From an uncultured Gammaproteobacteria bacterium (lineage in GTDB: Bacteria; Patescibacteriota; Patescibacteriia; Magasanikbacterales; UBA922), in the NCBI GenBank assembly GCA_965231005.1, contig OZ246405.1:167204-231203 (forward strand): a DNA stretch of 64,000 bases, given 5' to 3'. The position numbers and the translations under genes are program-made. The notes beneath the pieces are model-generated. The model worked only from the letters and a program-made list of their open reading frames with translations. It was not told where the DNA came from and ran no database searches. Shown one piece after another: positions 19,670 to 28,920 of this stretch (positions within the stretch are counted from its first letter, which is position 1; every line of letters starts with the position of its first letter).

Positions 19670-19762
19670 ATTCGCCATCTACACCTGCCTGCCCAAAGGG
19701 TCGGGGGCCGCACGTAGTGATACGTTGTGGCCCCTGCCCCTGGCGGCGGGAACATAAGGAGT

Positions 19763-19790
19763 CACCCATTCTCTGGACAAAGAATGGGTG
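19763..19790 (+). other. 10-bp stem hairpin 3' of cassette B
   Basis: CACCCATTCT-ctggacaa-AGAATGGGTG. Confidence 0.5.
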
Positions 19791-19830
19791 AAGAAACAGT
19801 TCGTACAATAACTTGTACACACTGCATCAT

Positions 19831-19857
19831 AAAAAACTTCCTAACGGAAGTTTTTTA
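19831..19857. terminator. Bidirectional terminator after cassette B
   Basis: AAAAAACTTCC-taac-GGAAGTTTTTT. Confidence 0.8.
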
Positions 19858-19906
19858 TTGTCTAATATCTATTATTTAATAGACCTCGATTAAAGAACTA
19901 TTTTTT

Positions 19907-19942
19907 TGCCTTTAGAGCCTTTACAGCATTTATGGCCTTTTT
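19907..19942. repeat. 9-bp tandem array x4 upstream of the cassette C promoter
   Basis: TTGCCTTTA GAGCCTTTA CAGCATTTA TGGCCTTTT. Confidence 0.65.
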
Positions 19943-19974
19943 AGATTGACAATACAGTCAATCTAAGGTAACGT
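19943..19974 (+). promoter_or_regulatory. Promoter of cassette C with an overlapping perfect palindrome
   Basis: AGATTGAC-aataca-GTCAATCT spans the -35 TTGACA. The -10 is TAACGT at a 17-bp spacer. Confidence 0.5.
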
Positions 19975-20017
19975 CGTTTCACACACCCCAGACCGCACAG
20001 CGGTGGAGGAACAAACA

Positions 20018-20944
20018 ATGACTGGACCTTTCAAACTTCTCTTTCTCGACTTTGATGGAACTGCAACTGATGCTGAGCGCGAAGGCACTGAGCCTGGACC
20101 GCAAAGCCCTGGTGATCTGTCGTTTGTAGACGGATATCTCAAGGATATTGGGGTCATCTGTGACATTCCCTTGGCGCAAATGCAAAAGAGAAATGCAGCG
20201 CTTGTAGCCGAGATGCTTGCTGATCCAAGACGGCATTGTCTTGTCATTGATGGACAGAAGGTTGCACCAAGTTGTGTTGACCCCTTCCTCAGGACTGGTA
20301 TGGTTGTGAGACTGATTTTGGAAGAATCTGGTCTCATGTCCGAGACACCCGAAACAAGGGCAGCCCGAGACCGCATGATCACCAGTGTGATCTACCCATG
20401 GAACTACAGAGCAAGATCATCGATCTGCTTCCGTGCTGGAGCAAATGCGCTCTTTGCAGCGCTGCGCAACTCCAACATTCACATCATCAGCAACTCACAT
20501 ACAGACGGTGTGAATGGCAAGCTCGACCGTTTGAAGGATGGTCGATGGATCCTCAACGGAGATCAGGGCATTCCTCGTGTCCATGGTGATGCCAAGAAGT
20601 TCATCAACGACCCAAACTGGGAAGGCTCTGACCACATCGGCTGGCATCCGCCAACTGGACTGGAACTCCCAGGTCTTGATCGTGAAGTGCTGCTCCGACG
20701 ACGACTCTACTTCGCCAAGATGGATGCCATTCGCCGTCACTACGGACTCGAATGGGGACAGATCATGGTCGCAGGCGATATCTTCGAACTGGACCTGGCA
20801 GTGCCGTTGACACTGGGCTGCACTGTGGTGCTCATGGCCAACGAATTCACTCCGGGATACGAAATCGACTTCCTCCAGAGCCACCCCAATGGGCATGTGA
20901 TCGACAAGGTCATGGACATCGCAGATCTGTTCCTTGTCCCATAG
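20018..20944 (+). CDS. GC-rich HAD-superfamily hydrolase (cassette C)
   Basis: Motif I FLDFDGT, motif II ISNSHTD, motif IV VAGDIFELD. SD is GGAGGA. Confidence 0.7.
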   Translation: MTGPFKLLFLDFDGTATDAEREGTEPGPQSPGDLSFVDGYLKDIGVICDIPLAQMQKRNAALVAEMLADPRRHCLVIDGQKVAPSCVDPFLRTGMVVRLILEESGLMSETPETRAARDRMITSVIYPWNYRARSSICFRAGANALFAALRNSNIHIISNSHTDGVNGKLDRLKDGRWILNGDQGIPRVHGDAKKFINDPNWEGSDHIGWHPPTGLELPGLDREVLLRRRLYFAKMDAIRRHYGLEWGQIMVAGDIFELDLAVPLTLGCTVVLMANEFTPGYEIDFLQSHPNGHVIDKVMDIADLFLVP

Positions 20945-20966
20945 GAGCGGACATTCAACCCAAATT

Positions 20967-21013
20967 CCGAACTTACTCTTGTATACTGCTGAACGAGCAT
21001 GGAGTAAGTTCGG
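20967..21013 (+). other. Perfect 12-bp stem with 23-nt loop 3' of cassette C
   Basis: CCGAACTTACTC and GAGTAAGTTCGG. Confidence 0.65.
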
Positions 21014-21025
21014 CAGTATCAAAAG

Positions 21026-21050
21026 AATATCTCAAAAGAGATATTTTTTT
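21026..21050 (+). terminator. Terminator after cassette C
   Basis: ATATCTC-aaaa-GAGATAT followed by TTTTTTT. Confidence 0.75.
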
Positions 21051-21057
21051 GTTTTTT

Positions 21058-21100
21058 CCTTTAAAGCCTTTATAGCATTTAAGGCATTTATAGCCTTTTT
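21058..21100. repeat. 9-bp tandem array x5 upstream of the promoter of the MBL-fold gene
   Basis: TTTCCTTTA AAGCCTTTA TAGCATTTA AGGCATTTA TAGCCTTTT. Confidence 0.65.
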
Positions 21101-21107
21101 AAAAGCC

Positions 21108-21136
21108 TTGCAAATACTACAGAAATACGATATACT
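21108..21136 (+). promoter_or_regulatory. Promoter of the MBL-fold gene
   Basis: TTGCAA, 17-bp spacer, TATACT. Confidence 0.55.
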
Positions 21137-21171
21137 TGTTCTGTATTTTTATCATATATATAGTCTAAATT

Positions 21172-21786
21172 ATGCACATCTCTTGGCTTGGAAATACTGG
21201 TGTTAAACTGCAAGTAAAACCGTTTGACAAAGACATTACTGTTGTTATTGACCCATATAAACAGAAAAAAGGCTCATCTCCACGAAGTCTCTCTCCTGAC
21301 ATTGCACTATTCACACGTGGAAAAAAAGAAAGCATTACTCTTTCAGGAAATCCATTCACTCTTTCTTCCCCTGGAGAATGTGAAACAAAAGGTGTGCTTG
21401 TGACAGCTGTCCAAGGAAAGGAAAAGGACAATGTCCTCCTTCGTGTAGATGCAGAACATATGAGCCTGGGTCACTTAGGTTGCACAAATAAACAACCAAC
21501 TGACAAACAATTAGAAGTATTGTCTGGAGTTGATATCCTTTGTATCCCAGTTGGAAATGGTGTTTGTTACGATGCAGAGCAGGCAACAAAAGCAATCAAT
21601 ACAATTGAGCCACGGATTGTCATTCCTATTGCATTTAAAAGTGACAATGACCCACAAGCAAAACCTGTTGACTCATTTTTGAAAGAAATTGGAATAAAAG
21701 CAGACAAACCAGAAAAGAAAATAATTATTAAAAAGAAAGATTTACCTCAGGAAGACATGCAAGTAGTGGTATTAGCAAAAGACTAA
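21172..21786 (+). CDS. MBL-fold metal-dependent hydrolase (UPF0173-like)
   Basis: HLGHLG motif. AT-rich host composition. Confidence 0.6.
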   Translation: MHISWLGNTGVKLQVKPFDKDITVVIDPYKQKKGSSPRSLSPDIALFTRGKKESITLSGNPFTLSSPGECETKGVLVTAVQGKEKDNVLLRVDAEHMSLGHLGCTNKQPTDKQLEVLSGVDILCIPVGNGVCYDAEQATKAINTIEPRIVIPIAFKSDNDPQAKPVDSFLKEIGIKADKPEKKIIIKKKDLPQEDMQVVVLAKD

Positions 21787-21795
21787 CAAAATTAT

Positions 21796-22362
21796 ATGCC
21801 TGCAAAAAAATCAAAATCAAAAAAAGACACTGAACCAAAAAAGAAGAAAAAGAAAGTAACGAAAAAAGCAAAAAAACCTGCTGCTAAAAAGACACGAAAA
21901 AAGCATGCAAAGAAAGAGGTAAAGAAACATATTGAAAAGGCAGCAGAGCAAATTCCATCAATTATTTCAGAAGAGTTAAATAAAACACAACAGAAACGGT
22001 CTGTTAAGAAGGAAAAACAAATTGATCAGGAACATTTTATGTACGATCATGGAAGAGAAAGAAAAAAGAAACAGCTTGTACTGTTTGGTGTTCTCTGCCT
22101 TACTGCAGTTGTCCTTGCAATGTGGCTCTGGAACGCACGAATATTTATTTATCAAGTACAAGAACAGTCTGGTCAATCTTCAGCAGATAGTATTTGGAAA
22201 AATGTAAAAGATGATTTTCAAGAAGTACTCGATACGGTAAGAAAAGATGAAGAAGAGCGAGCTGCCACAATTGAAAAAGTAAAAGAACAAATAGAAACAG
22301 TAGAATCTGAACAAAAATTGCGAGATTCTCTGGAAAATATTGTAAAAGAAAAGAGCAATTAA
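21796..22362 (+). CDS. Lys-rich (histone H1-like N-terminus) single-pass membrane protein
   Basis: KKxKK-rich first 45 aa, one transmembrane helix, then a coiled C-terminus. Confidence 0.5.
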   Translation: MPAKKSKSKKDTEPKKKKKKVTKKAKKPAAKKTRKKHAKKEVKKHIEKAAEQIPSIISEELNKTQQKRSVKKEKQIDQEHFMYDHGRERKKKQLVLFGVLCLTAVVLAMWLWNARIFIYQVQEQSGQSSADSIWKNVKDDFQEVLDTVRKDEEERAATIEKVKEQIETVESEQKLRDSLENIVKEKSN

Positions 22363-22562
22363 CAAACTTGTATAGGGATATTCTTTAAGAGAAGAGTGGA
22401 ATCAATAGTTATTAGCTATTAGTTACTAGTTATTAGCAAACTAGGCTTAGATCTTTCTTAAATATTGTCTATTAACTATTAGCTAGTAACTAATTCCTTT
22501 CTTGCAAAGCCATCCTATACTAAGTTGTTAATTGCTAATTGTTAGTTGTTAATTGTTATTAA
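22355..22562. repeat. MITE-like structured intergenic element, copy A
   Basis: Bounded by GCAATTAACAAAC and the inverted TTGTTAATTG array. Carries the internal 12-bp inverted repeat ATTAGTTACTAG/CTAGTAACTAAT. Homologous to copy B at 40612-40836. Confidence 0.6.
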
Positions 22563-22565
22563 CGT

Positions 22566-25073
22566 ATGCCACGTAAGAAAAAAGCAGAACCAAAAAAAGA
22601 AAAAAAACTCCAAGAAGAAGCTCCTGCAGCTGGTAATATTGGAAAAGTAGAACCAATAGCACTTATAGACGAAATGCAAACGTCTTATTTGGATTATGCC
22701 ATGAGTGTTATTGTGTCACGTGCATTGCCAGATGTACGAGATGGACTCAAACCAGTTCATCGACGTATTTTATATGCAATGTGGAGAATTGGATTGAAGC
22801 ATAATACAAAATTCAGAAAATCAGCTCATGTTGTTGGTGAAGTGATGGCAAAATATCACCCTCACGGTGACGCTGCGATTTATGATTCTCTTGTACGTAT
22901 GGCACAAGATTTTAGCATGCGAGAAATGCTTGTTCATGGTCAAGGAAACTTTGGTTCTATGGACGGAGACCGTGCTGCTGCCATGCGTTATACAGAAACA
23001 AAACTTCGTGCAATTGCAGAACAGATGCTTCACGACATTGAAAAAAAGACTGTTGATTTTGCACCAACCTATGACTCAGCAACCGTTGAACCACGTGTGC
23101 TTCCAAGTAAACTTCCAAACCTCTTATTAAACGGAAGCATGGGTATTGCTGTGGGAATGGCAACCAATATTCCACCACACAATTTGAGCGAACTTTGTGA
23201 TGGTGTAACTCATTTGATTGAAAAACCAAAAGCAACTGTTGAAGATCTTACAGAATTCATAAAAGGACCAGACTTCCCTACTGGTGGAATTATTTATAAT
23301 AAAAAAGATATTTTGGCAGCCTATGCAACAGGCCGCGGCGGTATTGTTACAAGAGCAAAAACAGATATTCAAGAAACAAAAAATGGACGATTCCATATCG
23401 TTGTAACAGAAATTCCATACCAAGTGAATAAAGCAAACTTACTTGAAAAAATCGCTGGATTGGTTCAAGAAAAAAAGATTGAAGGAATTAAAGATTTGCG
23501 TGATGAATCTAATAAAGATGGAGTGCGCGTTGTTATTGAGTTGAAAAAAGATGCATATCCAAAAAAGATCTTGAACCGACTATTTAAATTGACACAACTA
23601 CAAACAACATTCCACGTAAACATGATTGCACTTGTCGATGGTATTCAGCCGCGTGTGTTAAACATGAAAAATGTATTGCAAGAATACATTAAACACAGAC
23701 AGGTGGTGATTCGTCGTCGAACTGAATTTGATTTGAAAAAAGCAAAAGACAGAGCTCATATTTTAGAAGGTTTGAAAAAGGCGCTTGATAAAATTGATGC
23801 AATTATTACAACCATTCGAAAATCAAAAGACAAAGAAGAGGCAAAGGTAAACTTGATGAAGAAATTCAAATTTACTGACTTGCAAGCAAGCGCAATTTTG
23901 GAAATGCGTTTGTCACAACTTGCAAACTTGGAACGAAAAAAGATTTTAGACGAATTAAAAGAAAAGAAAGAGTTAATCAAAGAACTTGAAGCAATCTTGG
24001 CAAGTGAGAAAAAAATTCTTTCTATCTTGAAAAAGGAAATTAAAGAAATCAAAGAAAAATTTGGAAACGAACGAAGAACAAGTATTATTGCGCATGGGGT
24101 AAAAGAATTTAGTATTGAAGACCTTGTTCCAAATGAACCAACACTTATCATGGCAACAGAAGATGGATATATCAAGAGAATGCCAACCACAACCTTTAAA
24201 ACACAAGGACGTGGAGGAAAAGGTGTTATTGGACTTACAACAAAAGAAACAGATGTTATCGAACATCTTATCTCAACAAATACACATGACAATATTCTTT
24301 TCTTCACAACACGAGGTCGTGTATTCCAATTGAGAGCCTATGACATTCCACAAGCATCACGAACTGCAAAAGGACAAGCACTTGTAAACTTCTTACAACT
24401 TGCACCAAACGAAAAAGTCGCAGCTATTCTTTCTATGGATGACATGGGCAAGTACAAATTCTTGGTCATGGTAACGAGCAAAGGTACAATTAAGAAAACA
24501 AAACTAGAAGACTTTAAAAATGTCCGTAAATCAGGAATTATTGCCTTGAAGTTAAAACAAGATGATATGCTTGAATGGGTCCGCCCAAGTAGTGGAAAAG
24601 AAGATATTATGATTGTGACTGCTGCTGGTCAAGCAATTCGATTTAAAGAAACTGGTATACGTGCAATGGGAAGAACGGCAAGTGGTGTACGAGGAATAAA
24701 ACTAAAAGGTGATGACGAAGTAGTTGGTATGGATGTTGTTCACCCTGACTTGGCAAAGAAAAAAGTTATTGAATTGCTTGTTGTTTCAGAAAATGGACTT
24801 GGGAAACGAACAGCCTTGAAAGAATATAAAGTCCAAGGACGCGGTGGAAGCGGAATTAAGACAATGTCTGTTACAGCAAAGACTGGAAAAATTGTTAGTG
24901 CACGTGTAATAAATAATACAGAAGAAAAAGATATCATGTTAATTTCTACAGAAGGACAGGTTGTGCGTACACCACTCAAGAGTATTTCAACACTCGGACG
25001 TGCAACACAAGGAGTTCGAATCATGCGATTCAAGAAAGATGGTGATTCTGTGGTAAGTATTGCACTCCTCTAA
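22566..25073 (+). CDS. gyrA: DNA gyrase subunit A
   Basis: AMSVIVSRALPDVRDGLKPVHRR with the active-site Tyr region, plus a C-terminal beta-pinwheel. 835 aa. Confidence 0.95.
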   Translation: MPRKKKAEPKKEKKLQEEAPAAGNIGKVEPIALIDEMQTSYLDYAMSVIVSRALPDVRDGLKPVHRRILYAMWRIGLKHNTKFRKSAHVVGEVMAKYHPHGDAAIYDSLVRMAQDFSMREMLVHGQGNFGSMDGDRAAAMRYTETKLRAIAEQMLHDIEKKTVDFAPTYDSATVEPRVLPSKLPNLLLNGSMGIAVGMATNIPPHNLSELCDGVTHLIEKPKATVEDLTEFIKGPDFPTGGIIYNKKDILAAYATGRGGIVTRAKTDIQETKNGRFHIVVTEIPYQVNKANLLEKIAGLVQEKKIEGIKDLRDESNKDGVRVVIELKKDAYPKKILNRLFKLTQLQTTFHVNMIALVDGIQPRVLNMKNVLQEYIKHRQVVIRRRTEFDLKKAKDRAHILEGLKKALDKIDAIITTIRKSKDKEEAKVNLMKKFKFTDLQASAILEMRLSQLANLERKKILDELKEKKELIKELEAILASEKKILSILKKEIKEIKEKFGNERRTSIIAHGVKEFSIEDLVPNEPTLIMATEDGYIKRMPTTTFKTQGRGGKGVIGLTTKETDVIEHLISTNTHDNILFFTTRGRVFQLRAYDIPQASRTAKGQALVNFLQLAPNEKVAAILSMDDMGKYKFLVMVTSKGTIKKTKLEDFKNVRKSGIIALKLKQDDMLEWVRPSSGKEDIMIVTAAGQAIRFKETGIRAMGRTASGVRGIKLKGDDEVVGMDVVHPDLAKKKVIELLVVSENGLGKRTALKEYKVQGRGGSGIKTMSVTAKTGKIVSARVINNTEEKDIMLISTEGQVVRTPLKSISTLGRATQGVRIMRFKKDGDSVVSIALL

Positions 25074-25092
25074 AAATATCAAATAAAACATA

Positions 25093-25124
25093 CAAGCCCG
25101 GCCTTTGGCCGGGTTGTTTTTATT
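25093..25124 (+). terminator. gyrA terminator
   Basis: CCCGGCC-ttt-GGCCGGG followed by TTGTTTTTATTT. Confidence 0.8.
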
Positions 25125-25204
25125 TACATAATAAGTTGTAGACTCCCCCCGACCTTGATCTTGCCAAGGCCGGGAGGGTCTGAGTGTTCTCCTTGTTGTT
25201 TTTG

Positions 25205-26464
25205 TCAGGCTACCTTGAAAACTGGTCTTGCTCTTACATCGTTTCGGTCAACTTTCAAGCAACCGAGGGCTTTACGTGCCTCTGCTGGGCTGATGAACTC
25301 GCGTAGCATGAGTCTGTAGATGTAGTTTACGCAAAGGATGTGCATGATGAAGTTGTACCCAACACGCTCCCCTGTGTAATACCGGTACTGATCGTGCCTT
25401 GAGATTTGTTCGTACAGCTGATCTCGAATGTACTGGATGTCATGTCCTTCTGCACGCAACTGTGCTTCTTGTCCTCTGTGGAACGTAAGCACATACAACA
25501 GCATGGGAGTCAGTTCGGGATGGAGTTGTGTTCCAATCCACCACGGACCTGCACTGAGCACCTCTACCATGTACTGATGTATTTCGTGCTTTCGCTTTGT
25601 TCTACCCACCCGGGCAAACCGACGATGACTCACAGCAAGTACTGAAGACCTCAGACTGGGATGATCTGGATCAAGATACATCGAATGCACTTCAAGCGCA
25701 AACGTATTATGTGTCATCCGAAGAACTGGGTGGCTCCGCTTCGTTCGAACGACTTGCAGTCGTTGTCTCCCGTAAATCATAAGGCGCTCGCCAGGAGAAA
25801 CTGGAAAAAAACGCCTGCTGGTCGCACCGGTTGATTCGACAAGTAAAGAAGCTTGTTCTGGAGCAATCAAATATTCTGGCATTACGCCGAAAAGCGCGTG
25901 TGCCATCATTTGGCATCCAAAACAAATGTTGAATCCTGGAATGCCAATCTCGTGACAAAACTGCATCAGTCTGATGGAATCTTGAATGACCGACGTGTCT
26001 TTGACCTGATCAAGCATCTTTGGTGAGCCACTGAAAATAATCCCAGCAGGTCGTGAATGCTCAACCATGATCTGGTGGCACAGGTCTGAAATGTGTGACT
26101 CGGCATGGACAATAAGCAGTTCGAGTGGTTTGGCACCACGTGCACTGAACGCACCAGAGTTGTTTGCCCAGCTCAGCCAACGACCGATCTTGTCAGTGTC
26201 TTTAAACCAACCATCATCAACACCACGCAGCAGCATCTTTCTGAGATCTTGACGGCCAACGCCTGTGTTGATGAAGAGATCAGTCCACTTATTCCCGTTC
26301 GCACTGTCCAACGTTTCTTGGATCATCTTGTGGTAGATGTGTTCCTGACCTGGACGCATGTCCACGTACACGACAGTGTTGCCCTTGATTCTGTCGCCTT
26401 TGCGGTAGATATAGGTTGGGCAAGGACGAGGCGTCCTGCCCGCAAATCTGCGGCTCATAGTCAC
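25205..26464 (-). CDS. GC-rich class I glutamine amidotransferase-like protein with extra N- and C-terminal regions (cassette D)
   Basis: GATase1 nucleophile elbow NICFGCQMMAHAL and HPE in IGTQLHPELT. SD is GGAGGTGA. Confidence 0.55.
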   Translation of the reverse strand: MTMSRRFAGRTPRPCPTYIYRKGDRIKGNTVVYVDMRPGQEHIYHKMIQETLDSANGNKWTDLFINTGVGRQDLRKMLLRGVDDGWFKDTDKIGRWLSWANNSGAFSARGAKPLELLIVHAESHISDLCHQIMVEHSRPAGIIFSGSPKMLDQVKDTSVIQDSIRLMQFCHEIGIPGFNICFGCQMMAHALFGVMPEYLIAPEQASLLVESTGATSRRFFPVSPGERLMIYGRQRLQVVRTKRSHPVLRMTHNTFALEVHSMYLDPDHPSLRSSVLAVSHRRFARVGRTKRKHEIHQYMVEVLSAGPWWIGTQLHPELTPMLLYVLTFHRGQEAQLRAEGHDIQYIRDQLYEQISRHDQYRYYTGERVGYNFIMHILCVNYIYRLMLREFISPAEARKALGCLKVDRNDVRARPVFKVA

Positions 26465-26523
26465 CTCCCCCGGTGGGTGTCACCGTATACCCATCTAGCC
26501 ATAGGTAGTTTATTTTGTCAATC

Positions 26524-26555
26524 AAAAAACCGACAGCATGTCAATTGTCGATTTT
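26524..26555 (-). terminator. ruvA terminator, overlapping the upstream region of cassette D
   Basis: Minus strand AAAATCGACA..TGTCGG followed by TTTTTT. Two TTGACA boxes follow. Confidence 0.5.
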
Positions 26556-26564
26556 CATCACTTT

Positions 26565-27149
26565 TTATTTGGACATTTGCTTTAGCGCCTCTCGCAATAA
26601 TTCTTCTGTTGTCTTTTCTCCTGCATCAAGCAACTGAACAACTTGCTTTGCCTCTTCTTTTCCATATCCCATAGCAACAAGTCCGTCTATTACTTCCCCT
26701 AAAATAACACCATCACCCTGCATCACCCCTTTGCTTCCTGAAGCACCTGCTTGAACTTTATTTTTTAATTCAACCACAATCCGTTCTGCTGTTTTCTTTC
26801 CCATTCCTTGTACAGCTGTAAGATATGCCACATCACCACGTGCAATTGCAGATTGAATTTCATGTATCGATCCGATTGATAAAATATGCATGGCACTTTT
26901 TGGCCCAACACTTTTTACAGACAAGAGCAAAGAGAAAAATTCTCTGTGCTGCTGAGATGCAAATCCAAATAATTCCATTCCAGAGTCACTCACTTTAAAA
27001 TATGTATTGATTTGGACGTCTTGTCCAATCTGATATTCTGCTGCCTGAAGTCGGGAAACTGTAATTTTGTATCCAACACCACCAGAAGTCTCAACAATCA
27101 CAAAATCAGCTCCTTTTTCACTAATTGTTCCTTTGATAAAAGAAATCAT
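26565..27149 (-). CDS. ruvA: Holliday junction DNA helicase RuvA
   Basis: OB fold, HhH pair (GVGPKSAM) and a C-terminal RuvB-interaction domain. Confidence 0.9.
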   Translation of the reverse strand: MISFIKGTISEKGADFVIVETSGGVGYKITVSRLQAAEYQIGQDVQINTYFKVSDSGMELFGFASQQHREFFSLLLSVKSVGPKSAMHILSIGSIHEIQSAIARGDVAYLTAVQGMGKKTAERIVVELKNKVQAGASGSKGVMQGDGVILGEVIDGLVAMGYGKEEAKQVVQLLDAGEKTTEELLREALKQMSK

Positions 27150-27236
27150 GCATCCGAATTACTAATGATACAAATGTACAAATAACATACCGATACTCAA
27201 ATTCGTATATTTGTACTATTTGTAATTTGTATGTAT

Positions 27237-28751
27237 TTAATTCCGAAGATATTCAACCATTGTTTGCACTCCAAATCCATTTGCACCAGAGCGAATATAC
27301 GACTTTCCTTTTCCACCATAGTAAGAGCAAGAAAGATCAATATGTGCCCATGGATATGCAGATTTTCCTTCTTTATCTTTTGTGAAAAATTCTAAAAATG
27401 CAGCAGCAGTGCTTGCACCACCGTACCCACGACCACCAACATTTCCTGTATTTTTAATATCTGCTATCTCACATTTCATTGCCTCACTAAATTCAGGACC
27501 AAGAGGAAGATGCCAGAGTTGTTCACCAACCTCTTTTGAACTTTTTTGTAATTTGCTAATCATTTTTTCTTCCTTGCTAAACAACCCTGAACGTTCATTC
27601 CCAACAGCAACAACACACGCACCAGTGAGTGTTGCAAAATCAATAACTTCCTTTGGTTTATACTTTTTTGCATAACTGAGTGCATCAGATAAAATCAACC
27701 GACCTTCTGCATCAGTATTATCAATCAATACACTTTTACCTTCCATATTAATAAGGATGTCATCTGGACGATATGAGCTTCCACTTGGCATGTTTTCACA
27801 ACTTGGCAAAAGACCAATAATATTTTTCTTCAGTCCAAGTGCTGCTGCAGCTTTTATTGAACCCAAGACTGTTGCTGCACCAAGCATATCAAATTTCATA
27901 TCAGGCATGTATGCACCCGGCTTAAGAGACAGACCACCAGAATCAAATGTAATTCCCTTTCCAACAAGAACTGTTGGTTTTTGTTTTTTTGCAGTACCAT
28001 TGTACTCAACAATAATAAATTTAGGCTCTTCTACTGATCCTTGAGAAACACCCAAGAAACACCCCATGCCAAGTTTTTTTATCTCTGGACGAGACAACAC
28101 TTTTGTCTTTACTTTTGTATATTCTTTTGACAATTCAGTTGCATACTTTGCAAGCAATGTCGGTGTCATGATAGATGGAGGAACATTCCCTAAATGACGC
28201 GTCAGTGTTACTGCAGAGGCAATACCCTTTCCTTCATTTTTTCCTTTTAGAATCGCACTTTTTGTTTTTGAATCAAAATCTCCAACAAATTGAACAGAAG
28301 AAACTGGCTTTACTTGTGATTTTTTGTCTTTGTTATCATCAAAAGAATAGTTGGCTGTTTCTACAGCAATAACAGTTTCTGATCCAATTTTTTTAGATCC
28401 TAATTTTTTGATTGCATCTTTTGGCAAAGCAAGAGCCAATTTTTTCCATTTTTTTGACTGCATAGCAAGCACAGCTGACCCTATCGTGTGTTTCCATGTT
28501 CGAATATTGAATTCTTTTTTCTTACCAAGACCAATTAAAAATAGTCGAGGAAGTTTTTTATCACTTGTATATAACAAACTTGTTTGCATTGCTTTTCCTT
28601 CAAAATCTTTTGCTTTTTTCACATGACTAAGCAAGCCATCATGTGCTGCATCAAGTGCTTTGGTATATGAATCAAAATTTTTGTCTTCCCAAACTGGGAC
28701 AATAAGGCAATCCACCTTTTCAGCCTGTTCTGGGCATGTATATGTAATCAT
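27237..28751 (-). CDS. pepA: Leucyl aminopeptidase, M17 family
   Basis: NTDAEGRL signature with Zn-binding residues. Confidence 0.85.
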   Translation of the reverse strand: MITYTCPEQAEKVDCLIVPVWEDKNFDSYTKALDAAHDGLLSHVKKAKDFEGKAMQTSLLYTSDKKLPRLFLIGLGKKKEFNIRTWKHTIGSAVLAMQSKKWKKLALALPKDAIKKLGSKKIGSETVIAVETANYSFDDNKDKKSQVKPVSSVQFVGDFDSKTKSAILKGKNEGKGIASAVTLTRHLGNVPPSIMTPTLLAKYATELSKEYTKVKTKVLSRPEIKKLGMGCFLGVSQGSVEEPKFIIVEYNGTAKKQKPTVLVGKGITFDSGGLSLKPGAYMPDMKFDMLGAATVLGSIKAAAALGLKKNIIGLLPSCENMPSGSSYRPDDILINMEGKSVLIDNTDAEGRLILSDALSYAKKYKPKEVIDFATLTGACVVAVGNERSGLFSKEEKMISKLQKSSKEVGEQLWHLPLGPEFSEAMKCEIADIKNTGNVGGRGYGGASTAAAFLEFFTKDKEGKSAYPWAHIDLSCSYYGGKGKSYIRSGANGFGVQTMVEYLRN

Positions 28752-28920
28752 ACGATCGTAATTAAGTAAGTATTATATCTTGACTAATCATACGACAAAT
28801 GTCAAGACTTTTCAAGCATAAGGTATGTTATGTATATGAAAAGCCCTGTCCTCATGTCTCGCACCGTGCGAAACTGAAGACAAGGCTGTGAATGTTCTTG
28901 GGTCAAACAAGGACCCGAGG

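Noticed and set aside
18392-19678. 428-aa minus-strand ORF antisense to cassette B, plus other long antisense ORFs (18913-19755, 32635-33783, 54766-55248, 56605-57255)
   Set aside because: Leu/Ala/Val/Gly/Arg-rich low-complexity translations are typical of the wrong strand in GC-rich DNA. The sense ORFs have an SD, an ATG and recognisable homology, while the antisense ORFs run out into AT-rich leaders without start signals.
25086-25204. Second hairpin after the gyrA terminator as an attachment site or integrase footprint
   Set aside because: Only a short CCTTG/CAAGG stem is present. No direct repeats or recombinase are nearby. It is more simply the 3' terminator of the minus-strand cassette D gene.
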